Assembly (NCBI GenBank): GCA_963785305.1
Contig: CAWAUV010000008.1
Location: 960,001-1,024,000 of the forward strand
Source: an uncultured Planctomycetaceae bacterium
GTDB taxonomy: Bacteria > Planctomycetota > Planctomycetia > Pirellulales > PALSA-1355
Reading direction: 5' to 3'
Length of the DNA: 64,000 nt
The translations under genes and the position numbers were made by a program. Shown here piece after piece: positions 1-10,725 of the stretch. The notes under the pieces are model-generated. The model saw only the letters and a list, made by a program, of their open reading frames with translations, was not told the origin of the DNA and did not search any database. Every line of letters starts with the position of its first letter. Positions within the stretch are counted from its first letter, which is position 1.

Positions 1-113
1 GGACATTGCGCGAACCCCGTTAGACGTGGCGGGTCAGAGCAATAGGAGAACCCCGCATTCGAGCATTTTACACCGGCCAGACCACCGCCGCCACAAATCC
101 GAAAAAGTAATTC

Positions 114-208
114 GGATGGCGGCCCGCGCCTTGGTGGCGCCGCGGATTTATAATCCGCCCGAGGGACCGGCACAATGCCGGCTGGGTTCGATTCCTCCGC
201 CTTCCGCC
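114..208 (+). tRNA. Non-canonical tRNA, allo-tRNA-like (9/3 acceptor/T architecture, long V-arm, anticodon UAU, discriminator G)
   Basis: Manual fold: acceptor GGATGGCGG(114-122)/CCGCCTTCC(197-205) with one U-U mismatch; D arm GCGCC-TTGGT-GGCGC (126-140); anticodon arm GCGGA-TTTATAA-TCCGC (142-158); V stem CCGGCA-CAA-TGCCGG (167-181); T arm GGG-TTCGATT-CCT (184-196); 3' end G-CC-T. Confidence 0.8.
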
Positions 209-408
209 TAACGCTTTCGCGTTATGGCCTTCACAAGCCGTCTGACAGCTTCCGTAACGGCCACAGAGCGGTTCCATCCCCTTTGCTCCGCGCCAGCATC
301 AAGCTGTTCCATTAGCGACGCTGGCACGGACACCGTAACCAAGATCGTTGGCCCATCGGGGCCTGGCTTGCGCCCAGCGCCCGGCCGGCTTCCCCCGCGT
401 GGCGACAT
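208..408 (-). CDS. Small ribbon-helix-helix (CopG-like) DNA-binding protein with N-terminal RGG.RPGAGRK basic motif
   Basis: VTVSVP beta strand then helix-helix (LMEQLDAGAEQRGWNRSVAVTEAV); 66 aa; divergent from the transposase. Confidence 0.7.
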   Translation of the reverse strand: MSPRGGSRPGAGRKPGPDGPTILVTVSVPASLMEQLDAGAEQRGWNRSVAVTEAVRRLVKAITRKR

Positions 409-628
409 TTTTTCAGTCCTTTGAAAAACATACAGGAATTCGTATTGACGCGGCCGATTGAATGACTATAATCAAATCCGTTCGGGGCGACAAGCCCCAA
501 ATAAAAAACCCCGGTTCAACCCTGGCAGGCTGAATCGGGGCGAAAGAACAAACCGGCGGCAAGCGCCAGACTGTCCCCTATCAAGACCAGTCTACCACGC
601 GAGCCGCCCCAGTCAAAAGGGGCTTTCT

Positions 629-1511
629 GTGGCTAACGTAATGAGCGTCGAGAAACGGAACACGATTCTACGGATGCTGGTCGAAGGCAATGGCATTCGC
701 GGAACGGCACGGCTAATGAACACGAACATCGCTGGCGTGCTGCGGCAGCTTGTCTGGGCCGGCGACCATTGCCGGCAGATGATGAACCGTGAGTTTCGGA
801 ACCTGACGTTGAACCACGTCGAATGCGACGAGATTTGGACTTTCGTCGGCAAGAAGCAGTCGCGATTGACGATCGACGAAAAGGCACTTTCGGGCCGGGT
901 CGGCGATGTCTACTTGTGGACCGGCATCGACCCAGGACACGAAGCTGATGCCGACGTTCATGCTCGGCAAGCGGTCGGCCGACATGGCTCGCCGGTTTAT
1001 GATGGACCTTGCGAGCCGCTTGGTGTGGCCGAAGCCGGGCGATTCCGACGCCAAGAACTTCCGCGGCGGCGGCTATAAGCCGATCATCCAAATCAGCACG
1101 GACGGTTTCTCGGCCTACCCGGAAGCTGTCGATCTCGCCTTTGGCCCTTACGCCAAATTCGGCACGATCATCAAGGATTACCGGAATGCGACGATGATCT
1201 ACACCCCGAGCGAAATGGTCGGAACGAAGCGGCGGGGCGTTCAGGGGATAAACGAAGGCGAGGAACGATCGATATGCACGTCGCACGTCGAGCGGAACAA
1301 TCTGACCATCCGCACGTTCATGAAGCGGTTCACTCGTTTGGCCCTGGGATTCTCGAAGAAATTCGAGAATCTGGAAGCGGCTGTGAATCTGCACATGGCG
1401 TACTACAATTTCTGCTGGCGACCGGGCAAGATGCGAGTCAGCCCGGCAATGGCGGCTGGCGTGACTGGTCGCCTCTGGTCGTTCGACGACTTGATGGCCG
1501 GTGGGATGTAG
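629..1511 (+). CDS. IS1-family DDE transposase (HTH + DDE; one frameshift near 935)
   Basis: GTG start after AAAGGGG; HTH (LVEGNGIRGTARL); catalytic motifs VECDEIW, QISTDG, TSHVERNNLTIR, RFTRLALGFSKK, YYNFC. Confidence 0.85.
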
Positions 1512-1537
1512 CCAAAAGGCTGTGGATCGCTAGAATT

Positions 1538-1576
1538 AAAAAGGGGCCGCCAGTTCGTAGCTGGTGGCCCCTTTTT
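1538..1576. terminator. Bidirectional intrinsic terminator after the transposase
   Basis: AAAAAGGGGCCGCCAG-TTCGTAG-CTGGTGGCCCCTTTTT hairpin flanked by A and T tracts. Confidence 0.75.
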
Positions 1577-1658
1577 GAGCCAGAAGGCCCATGCCGCTTT
1601 TGCTATAAGCATGGTACGACTTCCGGCCTTTTTTTCAAGCCGGAAAGGCGGGATCGAA

Positions 1659-1964
1659 ATGCCTGGCGAAGGCAAGCTGACAGGAGAACAAATTCGGAAA
1701 GCGAGACAATGGCTCGTAAGCAAGTGCCCAGAATTTAAGTGCCCGCTCTGCGGGAGCAAGGCAGTCGAAGTTCATGAGCGGGTCGTGGAGCTTCGGACCT
1801 TCAATCTAGGGAAGCTTGTAATTGGCGGGGATGTTTTTCCTAATATTCTCGTTATATGCGAACAGTGTGGCTGCTCGACGTTAATCAACGCGATAATGGC
1901 CGGAGTTATTGATCCATCGAGCGAGAAAACGCCGAGCGAACCGGAGAATCACAATGCCAAGTGA
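1659..1964 (+). CDS. Hypothetical Zn-ribbon protein (passenger)
   Basis: CPLCG ... CEQCG pairs; lower GC; overlaps the start of the next ORF. Confidence 0.6.
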   Translation: MPGEGKLTGEQIRKARQWLVSKCPEFKCPLCGSKAVEVHERVVELRTFNLGKLVIGGDVFPNILVICEQCGCSTLINAIMAGVIDPSSEKTPSEPENHNAK

Positions 1965-2334
1965 TAATCCGGAGAATCGACCACCGATCCTTTGCCAATC
2001 GCCGCCAGAGCAAGTCGCTATTTATCGCCCCCTTCATGTGGAGCGTCATGTGACTATTTATCCAATCCAAGAGCATGAGCTTGAATCACTCGAAGATACG
2101 AACAAGAACTCTGCGGTTTGGGCATCGATCGCTACCGGTGCCTTCACGCTGCTTCTCGGCTGCGTTTGGGATTGTATTTCAAGCGATGCAGTGAAGCCAT
2201 TGCCAGCAACGTTTTTCATGGTCTGCTGCATAGCAGTAATGGGCATTGGCACATATCTCTCATGGTCATATCGAGTGCGGATCAATGAGAGGCTCGCGAA
2301 AATCCGAAGTGAATCCCGAATACGAGGCGAATAG
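1954..2334 (+). CDS. Hypothetical two-TM membrane protein (passenger)
   Basis: Two hydrophobic segments (AVWASIATGAFTLLLGCVW; FFMVCCIAVMGIGTYLSW); GGAG RBS. Confidence 0.6.
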   Translation: MPSDNPENRPPILCQSPPEQVAIYRPLHVERHVTIYPIQEHELESLEDTNKNSAVWASIATGAFTLLLGCVWDCISSDAVKPLPATFFMVCCIAVMGIGTYLSWSYRVRINERLAKIRSESRIRGE

Positions 2335-2513
2335 CGGAAGCTTCTGAAACGGGCCAGCGGCTTGGCGAGAAGGCGATACAACCGGCATCCGGGTCTGCCA
2401 GAATCCCGAGTTGCCGACGAACCTTTCCGGGCAGTCGCGCCGCTAATTTTTTTTCATTTTCCCTGCGGCCCCGATTTCCGCTCCCTGCCGGCTAAGATGG
2501 TTTTCGCTTGACA

Positions 2514-2536
2514 GGGGCTCAAATGGCATCATTACC
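2514..2536 (-). repeat. Putative right terminal inverted repeat of the IS1-family element
   Basis: GGTAATGATGCC... on the minus strand; partner repeat not in the window. Confidence 0.55.
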
Positions 2537-2984
2537 CCAAGCGTCCAACACTCCCGTCGCACGATCGATCATGCGTGTTAAACGTTGGAGATCGGCGAGG
2601 CGATGTTCCACCGCGGGTGGAATGCTCGGGCCGGCGGGGCGATACCCCCTTGGCTCGGTCTTTTTCTTCGCGTGAAGTGAACCGCGCCCGAATTATCTGA
2701 TTGCAATTTGCGAGGTGTTGCAAGTTGTAGCAATCCGCCAAGGGTGGCGAATGCCGGCTTTCGGGCCCGCGCAGGCACGCTAATTTCGCCCCTCCGAAAG
2801 CGTTTTGCGAAAGGCCGACTCCGCTTTCCTCCGCTATCAATGCGGGGAAACGCGGAAGTGGCGTCAAGGTCCGCGCATTCGATAAAGTCGCTCCAGCTTA
2901 AGGGACGATACACCACGCATACGAACTGGAGCCGGTCGCATTCGTTGAAAGGCGTGTTGCTCGATCGACGGCGTACTGAGTTTA

Positions 2985-4989
2985 TGAGCCGAGCCAAATA
3001 CAGGATGTTTATTCTCCCACTGCTGGCGTTTGGTTCATGCCAGGTTGGCTCGTGGACCTTTCCAGCGGTCCCGCGGACGGAAGCGGTCCCCGGCTCGCCC
3101 TTGTTGGCGGCCAATCCGGCGCTCGCCGCCGGCGCTTCTGGCGGGCTCGTTCCCTCGCTTGCCGCCGGCATTCCCGGCGGGCTCGCGCCGACGCCAATTT
3201 CCGTCGTCGTCGGTCCTGTTCCCGCTACTATTCTCGCTCCTGCCAGCGGCACTCCGGGCATGCCAATACTTGCGCCTCTTCCGACGCCGGTTTCCGTCGC
3301 GTTCGCGGCGCCTGTTGCTGCTCTCGCTCCTGCTAGCGGCGCTTCCGGCGGGCCTCTTTCTTTGCCTATTCCGGCGCCAGCGTCTGGTGGTATCGCCGAA
3401 CCGATACCCGCCCTGCCGCCGGCGCTTCCGGAGGGCCTGTTCCGCTTTCGAACTTGTCTCCCTTGGAGCTTCCACCGCCGCCGGGAGGTCGGGTCGATGT
3501 CAACCTCAAACGGGCTCCGTTCGAGTCGACCGATCTGCGTTTCCCGATCAACTTCGCAACCGCCTTGCGCCTGTCGAATGCTCGGCCATTGATGGTGGCC
3601 GCCGCGCAAACCGCCGCGTGGACCGCCGAGGCCGATATGCAGGGGGCCCAAGTGGAATGGGTTCCCTCTTTCATGATGACCACGACCTATCTGCACCATG
3701 ATGGTCCGGCGGACTTCAATCATGGCCTCAATGTACCCGCGGGGGTCAACGCGCTCGGCCAGCCCGACCCGGCCAGCTTTGGCCGGCCGCTCAATCAGGA
3801 CTTCAACTGGTTTTATTCGGGGGCTTCGTTGTACCTCGTGGTGGCCACGACCGACGCCATCTTTCAGCCGCTGGCGGCAAAGCAGAAGCTCGACGCGGCC
3901 CGCTGGGGCATTCAGGTGGCCAAGAATGACGCGCTGCTCATGACCGCGCGGTCGTACTTCGATGTTCATAAGTATCGAGGTCAATATGCGGGCAGACTAT
4001 ATACCGTGGAATTGGGCCGCCAGTTGGTGGCGACTCTCAAGAATTTGAGCCCCGATCTGATTCCCGCCGTCGAGGTGGATCGCGGCCGAAATGTGCTGGC
4101 GTATTTGGAAGCCCAGGCCGCGTCGGCGCGGGAGAAATGGCGCCGTTCGAGCGCCGATCTCACGCAGGTTCTTCGCCTGGATCCGCGGGCAGTCGTCGAT
4201 CCGATGGAGGCCGATCATCTGCGGATCACGCTGATCGATCCTAGCCGGTCGCTCGACGAATTGACGCAAATCGCCTTGAAGAACCGGCCCGAGCTTGTCG
4301 CGCAGCAGTCGATGGTCCAGCACGCCCTGGTTCGAATCCGTCAGGAAAAGGCGCGACCCTTGCTTCCTTTGGTATTGCTCACCGGATGGCAGGGGCCGGG
4401 CGGAATGACGAACGAGTTGGGAGTTTTTGGCACGGGCAACGGCAGTTCGCTCGGCAACTGGAGCCTTCGCGAGGACCTCAGTCTGCAAGCAATCTGGCAG
4501 CTCGACAGCATGGGTTTCGGGAACTTGGCGTTGATCAAGCAGCAGCGAGGCGCCCAGTCGGAAGCCATCGCGACCTTGTTCAAAATGCAGGACGGCGTGG
4601 CCGCTGAAATCACCGAGGCCCAGGCCGATGTGCAGTCGGCCGCTGCCCGCGTGCTCGAGGCCGAACGCGCGTTGCGGAGCAGCCTGGTCACGTATCAAGG
4701 GAGCCTGGACGGGCTGGGACAAACTCAGCGTTTCGGCGATGTCCTGCATTTGATTTACCGGCCGCAGGAAGTCGTGTATGCGCTCAAACAACTGACGATC
4801 GCGTTCGACGAATACTTCGCCACCGTGGCGGATTACAACCGGGCTCAATTCGAACTATTTCATGCCTTGGGATATCCGGCGCGGGAAATCAGCCTCCAAC
4901 GCACGCCGGGAAACGTGATTTCGGTGAATACCACAAGGCCCGATTTCTTGCCGGAAGTCGGAACGGGTCCTCCGCCCGCCCCGCGCTGA
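2985..4989 (+). CDS. TolC/outer-membrane efflux family protein with long Pro/Ala-rich N-terminus (frameshift near 3445)
   Basis: FPINFATALRL, RPEL, DYNRAQFELFHALG OEP-type motifs; paralogous to the next two TolC genes. Confidence 0.8.
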
Positions 4990-5017
4990 CTCTTACTCGG
5001 GAGAAGGATCTCCGTCG

Positions 5018-6858
5018 ATGCGATTACCACGCGACTGGAACATTTTCAACGCCGCCCTGCTACTGTGCGTGGCGCGCTTGCGTTGGCTGGCGATGCGTTT
5101 GCTCAGACGTCGATCTTCACTCCGGGCAATCCCTGGGGGCAGGCCACCGGCCAGCCAGGGCCGCTGACTCCGCCGCCCCTCGCGGCCCAGCGTGAACCGG
5201 CCGGGCCGCCGTCGGGCCCGAAGGCCGATCCGGCCCACGGCCAAGCACTTCGGTCCTATGAGCTACCGCCTCCCGAAAAACCGGCGCCAGTCGGAGAGGT
5301 CGTGCTGCTCCCGCTTCCGCCGCTGGAGCCGGGGGACAAGCGTTTTCCGATCAATCTGGTGGCGGCGCTACGGCTTTCCGATGCCCGCCCGATCGTCGTC
5401 ACCAAGGCCCAGGCCGCCAGTTGGACTGCCGAGGCGGAGCTTCAGCACGCTCAACTCCTCTGGCTGCCCACGTTCAACTTCGGGGCGGATTACATCCGAC
5501 ACGACGGCAATGGTCCGGATTTGAATTATGGTGAAAACATTCCCCAGGGCGTGAATGCCCTCGGCCAGCCGGACCCAGGCAGCTTTGGAAGGCCACTGAA
5601 ACAGAATATCAGCGCCATCTATGCCGGCGGCGGAGTGACGTACACGCCGGACCAAGCGAATTATTTCTATCAACCGACGCCGGGCATCCCGCTGTTGCCC
5701 TATCCGCAGGAGCAGTTCCTGACGGACATCATCTTCGAGCCGTTGCGGGCGCGGCAGCGCATGGACTCCAAGCGATGGGATATTCAGACCGCCAAGAATA
5801 ATGCGGTCTTGGCAACCGCGCGCGCTATTTCGAGGTCCACCGGCTTCGCGGCCAGTATGCGGGCGCCCTGGACACGGTGACGAAGGGGCGGCAGCTCGTC
5901 GCGATAATCGCGGCCCAAACCAAGGACCTCGTTGCCGGCATCGAGGTGGACCGCGCACGAAGCATGCTCGCCGATCTGGAACAGCAAGCCGCCTCGGCGC
6001 GCCAGGGCTGGCGCCGATCGAGCGCGGCTCTCACGCGGGTGCTTCGACTCGATCCTCGGGCCGTGGTCGAGCCCTTGGAGCGCCGATCATCTGCAAATCA
6101 CGTTGATCGATCCCAGCCGTCCGTTGGACGAGCTGATTCCGATCGGCCTGACGAGCCGTCCGGAATTGGCGGCCCATCAGGCGCTCGTCAAAGCAACGCT
6201 CGTGGCCATTCGCCGCGAAAAACTCCGTCCGCTCATGCCCTCTATCTTGCTCAATGGTTTCACGACTCCCTACGAGCTTCTCGAGGGCGGTATCTATGGC
6301 GAGGGAAAAGGCAGCAGCGTGAATGAATACAGCGGGCGAAACGATCTCACGCCGCAACTCTGCTGGCAAGCGAAATCGATGGGGATGGGCAACCTGGGCT
6401 TGATCAAGGAACAACGCGGCATCACATCGCAAAACATCGTTCAGTTGTTCAATATCCAAGACAGCGTGGCCGCCGACATCGCGCGAGCCCAGGCGGACCT
6501 ACAGTCGGCCGCGGTCCGCGTGGTCGAAGCCAAACGCGAACTTGAAGCGGCGCGAATCACCTATGCGGGAAACGTCGATGGCCTGCAACAAACCAAACGC
6601 TTCGGAGATGTGCTGCGACAAATATTCCGTCCGCAGGAAGTCGTCTACGCCTTGCAGTTGTTAAAGACGGCCTACGATCACTATTTCGGCACGGTCGCCG
6701 AGTACAACCGGGCGCAATTCGAGATGTTTCATGCCTTGGGATACCCGGCGCAGAGTTTATCAAAAGACCAACCACCCGGCGCCATCGAGCCCGTCGACAC
6801 GGCACGGCCTGGCTACCTGCCCGATGTGGGCGTCGGACCGCCACCGGCCACTCGCTGA
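5018..6858 (+). CDS. TolC family protein (frameshifts near 5070, 5820, 6080)
   Basis: FPINLVAALRL ... EYNRAQFEMFHALG; joined from consecutive ORFs. Confidence 0.8.
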
Positions 6859-6910
6859 CGCTGACTTTCGGGTTTACATGCCCCAAAAAAATACGAGGTC
6901 CATTGGCGCC

Positions 6911-7498
6911 ATGACTCGGAAAACCTTCAACCAGCTCGTTCTGCTGATGGGTGTCTGCGCTCTGCCGACCGCGGGCATGGCCGGAGACGATGCCGCCAGC
7001 AAACGTCACCCGAAATACTTCAAGTGGTTCCTGGAAGAGATCGAGGTCGGAAAGAATCGCCTCCATTCCGGCCGAGGCGTCGCCATCTATTCGCCCATCG
7101 ATAGTCCGGACATTCCGCCCAAGCACTTGCCGCCGAGTTGGTATCACAACTTTTTGCCCTATTATTCCCGCATGATTCCCAGTTCGACGCGCTGGACGCC
7201 GGACGCGATCGTCCCCTATTACCGGGGCTACTGTAAGAGCGGAAAGGTCAGCAGGCAGCCTTGCCTCGTGCCCGAGCCTCCGCTGGTTCCCGACACTTCA
7301 GGCGCCCCGAGCGACAATTACGGTTCCTTCGCCGGCACCACCGAGAATGAATCGCAAATCCTGCGATTGGGAGGCGAGGGTCCTTACCAGAGAATGATTC
7401 CCGATATTATTGGCGGCGACGCGGTTACTCCCCCGCGGGCGCCGCCCGTGATGCCGCCCATCGCGCCAGAGGTAATCAAGGCGCCTGGAGCTCAATGA
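6911..7498 (+). CDS. Hypothetical secreted protein
   Basis: Signal-peptide-like MTRKTFNQLVLLMGVCALPTAGMA; lies between TolC paralogues in the same orientation. Confidence 0.55.
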   Translation: MTRKTFNQLVLLMGVCALPTAGMAGDDAASKRHPKYFKWFLEEIEVGKNRLHSGRGVAIYSPIDSPDIPPKHLPPSWYHNFLPYYSRMIPSSTRWTPDAIVPYYRGYCKSGKVSRQPCLVPEPPLVPDTSGAPSDNYGSFAGTTENESQILRLGGEGPYQRMIPDIIGGDAVTPPRAPPVMPPIAPEVIKAPGAQ

Positions 7499-7677
7499 CC
7501 CGAGCGGGCGCGATGCTTTTCGGGCCAAGTCGAGCAGGCCGGAAAGGAAGACAGCGGGATGGCTGCTGGTAAGAGTTCGAGCACTTTTCCTCACATCCAC
7601 AATCGATCGCAATGCCGGGCGCATGGCATCGGCCGGCGCACTGGTCCCGAGAGTCGTTCGGATCGGCGGGTTTCATC

Positions 7678-9447
7678 ATGAGTCACGGAGCACGACTGCG
7701 ACTGCCGCTGCTATTGCTGGCGCTGGTGTTCACCAGCGCTTGCCATTCCCTGCCGTTCTCCGCGCTCAATTCAAAGGATAAGTCCGCGGCCCTGGCCTCG
7801 AACGGCGCGATGGCCGCCAATTCCAAGACCGAATCGGCGCCGCGCGACTCGGCGATTTCCCTGGCGAATTACGAATCGTCGGCGCCCAACGCGTCCTCCG
7901 GGGCGTCCCTGACCGAAAAACCACTGCAACGTCCGCTGCCACAGGGCGGAGAGGTCGCGCATCTCGAATTGCCGCCTCTCGAAGCCGGCGACATTCGGTT
8001 TCCGATTAATCTGGCCGCCGCGCTCCGGTTGGCGGATGCCCGCCCGCTGGTCATCGCGGCAGCGCAAGCCAGCGCCTGGCAAGCCGAAGCCAAGATGCAA
8101 CAGGCCAACGTGCTGTGGTTACCCGATTTCTATTGGGGCTTCGACTATACCCGGCACGACGGCTACGGCCCCGACCTATTGAACGCCACCAATGTGCCTC
8201 CCGGTGTCAATGCCCAAGGACAACCCAATCCCGCGAGCTTCGGAAAGTCGCTGCAACAAGACGTGAACATGATGTATGCCGGCGGCGCATTCTATTCCAT
8301 GACCTATCTCACGGACATTATCTACGAGCCGCTGAAAGCGCGGCAGCACCTGAACGGCAAACGCTGGGATATTCAGCAAGCCAAGAACGACGCATTGCTA
8401 AAGACGGCCCAAGCCTACTTCGACGTTCACAAATATCGGGGCCAATATGCCGTGCGCTCGACGTGATCAAGAAAGGCCGCGAACTGGTCCGGGTCATTCA
8501 AACGCAGAGCAAGGACCTCGTTCCGGGAGTGGAAGTGGATCGTGCTCGCGATCTTCTTGCCGACATGGAGCAACAGGCGGCGACCGCGCGGCGGAATTGG
8601 CGCCGCGCCAGTATTGCTCTAACGCAAGTCCTTCGACTCGATCCCCGAGTCGTCGTCGAGCCAGCCGAGCGAGATCACCTTCAAATTACACTGGTCGACC
8701 CCAGCCGACCCCTCGAGGAGCTGATGCCGATCGGATTGTCGAATCGTCCCGAGCTCGCCTCGAATCAGGCGGAAATTCAGAAAATGCTGGTTTCGATCCG
8801 GCGCGAGAAGATGCGGCCTTTGATGCCGGCTGTCGTGCTGACCGGTTTCCAGACGCCCTACGAAATGTGGGAGTTCGGAGCGCTGGGAATCGGCCAAGGG
8901 GCCAGCATGAACAATTGGAGTTCCCGGCTCGACCTTGCTCCCCAGCTTCTCTGGCAGGCCGATTCCTTGGGCTTCGGCAACATGGCCATGGTCAAACGCG
9001 AACGCAGTCACGCCTCGAAGGCAATCATCGATCTGTACTATGCCCAGGACTCGGTGGTCGCCGATGTCACTCGCGCCCAGGCCAGCATTCAGTCCGCCGC
9101 GGCGCGAGTGGTCGAGGCCGAGCGCGAATTGCAGGCAGCCCAGATCAACTATGCGGGGAACGTCGACGGGCTGAAACAGACCCAGCGTTTCGGCGATGTG
9201 CTGCAAGAGATCTTTCGGCCGCAAGAAGTGGTCTATTCGTTGCAGCTCGTCAAGATCGCCTACGATCGCTATTTCGAGACGGTCGCCGAATATAATCAAG
9301 CGCAATTCGAGATGTTTCATGCCTTGGGATATCCGGCCCAAGAGCTTTCGCGGCAGCGCTCCCACGGGAACGGCAACGCCAGCGGACACGACGCGGCCGG
9401 ATTATCTCCCGCCCGTGGGAACAGGACCTCCGCCCGCAACTCGGTAG
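7678..9447 (+). CDS. TolC family lipoprotein (frameshifts near 8452, 9355)
   Basis: Lipobox-like FTSAC; FPINLAAALRL; EYNQAQFEMFHALG; C-terminus RPDYLPPVGTGPPPATR. Confidence 0.8.
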
Positions 9448-9559
9448 AAACACGCGAACGGGGCCCCGCGAGAAGTATTCATGGGAAACCTCCGTGTCGG
9501 CGGAAGCTGCCCAACTTTCCCGACTCAAGCCAACCCGAGCTTTGGGCTTTGACGCGGCG

Positions 9560-10725
9560 CTAGTCGCGGGAGCTTGATCGCGATTTCGATCGGCCGCCGA
9601 ATACGCTCGTGATGAATTTCCAGACGACGCCGCAAGCCGCCAGGAACCCGAATACGATCAATTTGATCGACTTGAGGGCCAGGGCAATCAACTTGGGCAG
9701 CAAGCCAAATTTTACCGCCGCCACCCCGGCGCCGCCCGTGATCAGGCCCACGAGCCCGTATTCCGCGATCTTATCGCCCTCGCGAAACTCGCCGTATTTG
9801 TTGCCGGCACTGAATTCGCAGCCACTGGCCAACTGTTTGGCCTGGGGAATCAGGGCGGGAACCCGGTCAGGCTCGACAACCATCACCACGCTCATCACGC
9901 CCTGGCGGCCAAGCAGACGCACGTTGTAATTCGCGATCGAACTGCCATTGGCGATGCCTTGAATCGCCCAGGTCAGGTTGTGCGTGCCAGGATCATAGGC
10001 CGGGGGCTGAATCCAACCGTTGACGTGAAGATCGCCCCAGCCGCGTTTTTTTCGCTCGGCGTTCGCGGCTTCCGTGCCGGTGCGAAAGGCGGTGAGAATC
10101 TCGTCGGCGTTTAGGCTTCCTTGTTCGTCGTCGGCCACATGGCCCACGTCCTTGTATGCGAAGGTCAAAAACCAACCAACTTGGTCCGTGGGCAACATCA
10201 CGCCGAGCAGTGTCGGGTCGGGCATGTTTTGCGCGAGCTCCATGAATCGCGCCGTGCTCGCGCCGGTGGTAATCCGAAAGCCGGCTGGCACTGCGCACCG
10301 TGGCGACTGCTCCGAGCTGGGCCGTGGTCGGGCCCATTTGCCAAGGGATCGTATTGATGAGTTGATTCAATTGCTGTTCGGCCGGCGTAAGACCCGCGGG
10401 ATTGTTGGCGGGCAACCCCGGCTTGGCGGCGGGATTTTGATGCGTGAATCGCGGCGGGCGACGCCGCCGGGCGCCGTGGGCCGAGGCTGAACCGAGCCGA
10501 CGCCGGGCATTGCCTGCCCCGCGGGCTGACCAGGCGCCGGGTTTGGCGGCGCGGGCGATGGCGAAGCGGGCGGCAGCGCGTCCGAAGGCGCGCCGGCGGC
10601 TTGCATCAATAATCGCGTCGCGCTATTGTTTGGCGACTGGCCGATCGCCTCGCTCGCAAGCAGCCCAAAAACGCAGCCCGCGGCCAACAGCCCGGTTCCA
10701 GAAAGGCCCGCGCAAATAGGCTCAT
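9560..10725 (-). CDS. DUF2167-domain membrane-anchored protein (several frameshifts; start approximate)
   Basis: GHVADDE, NAERKKRG, GW...P.YD...HNLTWA, NYNVRLLGRQG, GDKIAEYGL motifs. Confidence 0.75.

Larger units (their letters stand above)
1..2536 (+). mobile_element. IS1-family transposon with passenger genes (left end not seen in the window)
   Basis: IS1-type DDE transposase; passengers with lower GC; the reverse complement of 2514-2536 reads GGTAATGATGCCATTTGAGCCCC, resembling the IS1 GGTAATGA/GGTGATGCTGCC termini. Confidence 0.6.

Noticed and set aside
114..208. Canonical selC (tRNA-Sec) or ordinary tRNA-Ile
   Set aside because: The anticodon is UAU, not UCA; the 9/3 stems and long V-arm fit neither the bacterial 8/5 Sec fold nor the 7/5 Ile fold
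925..945. Programmed frameshift in the IS1 transposase
   Set aside because: The required shift is +1 with no A6C-type slippery site; a single-base insertion error or mutation is more likely
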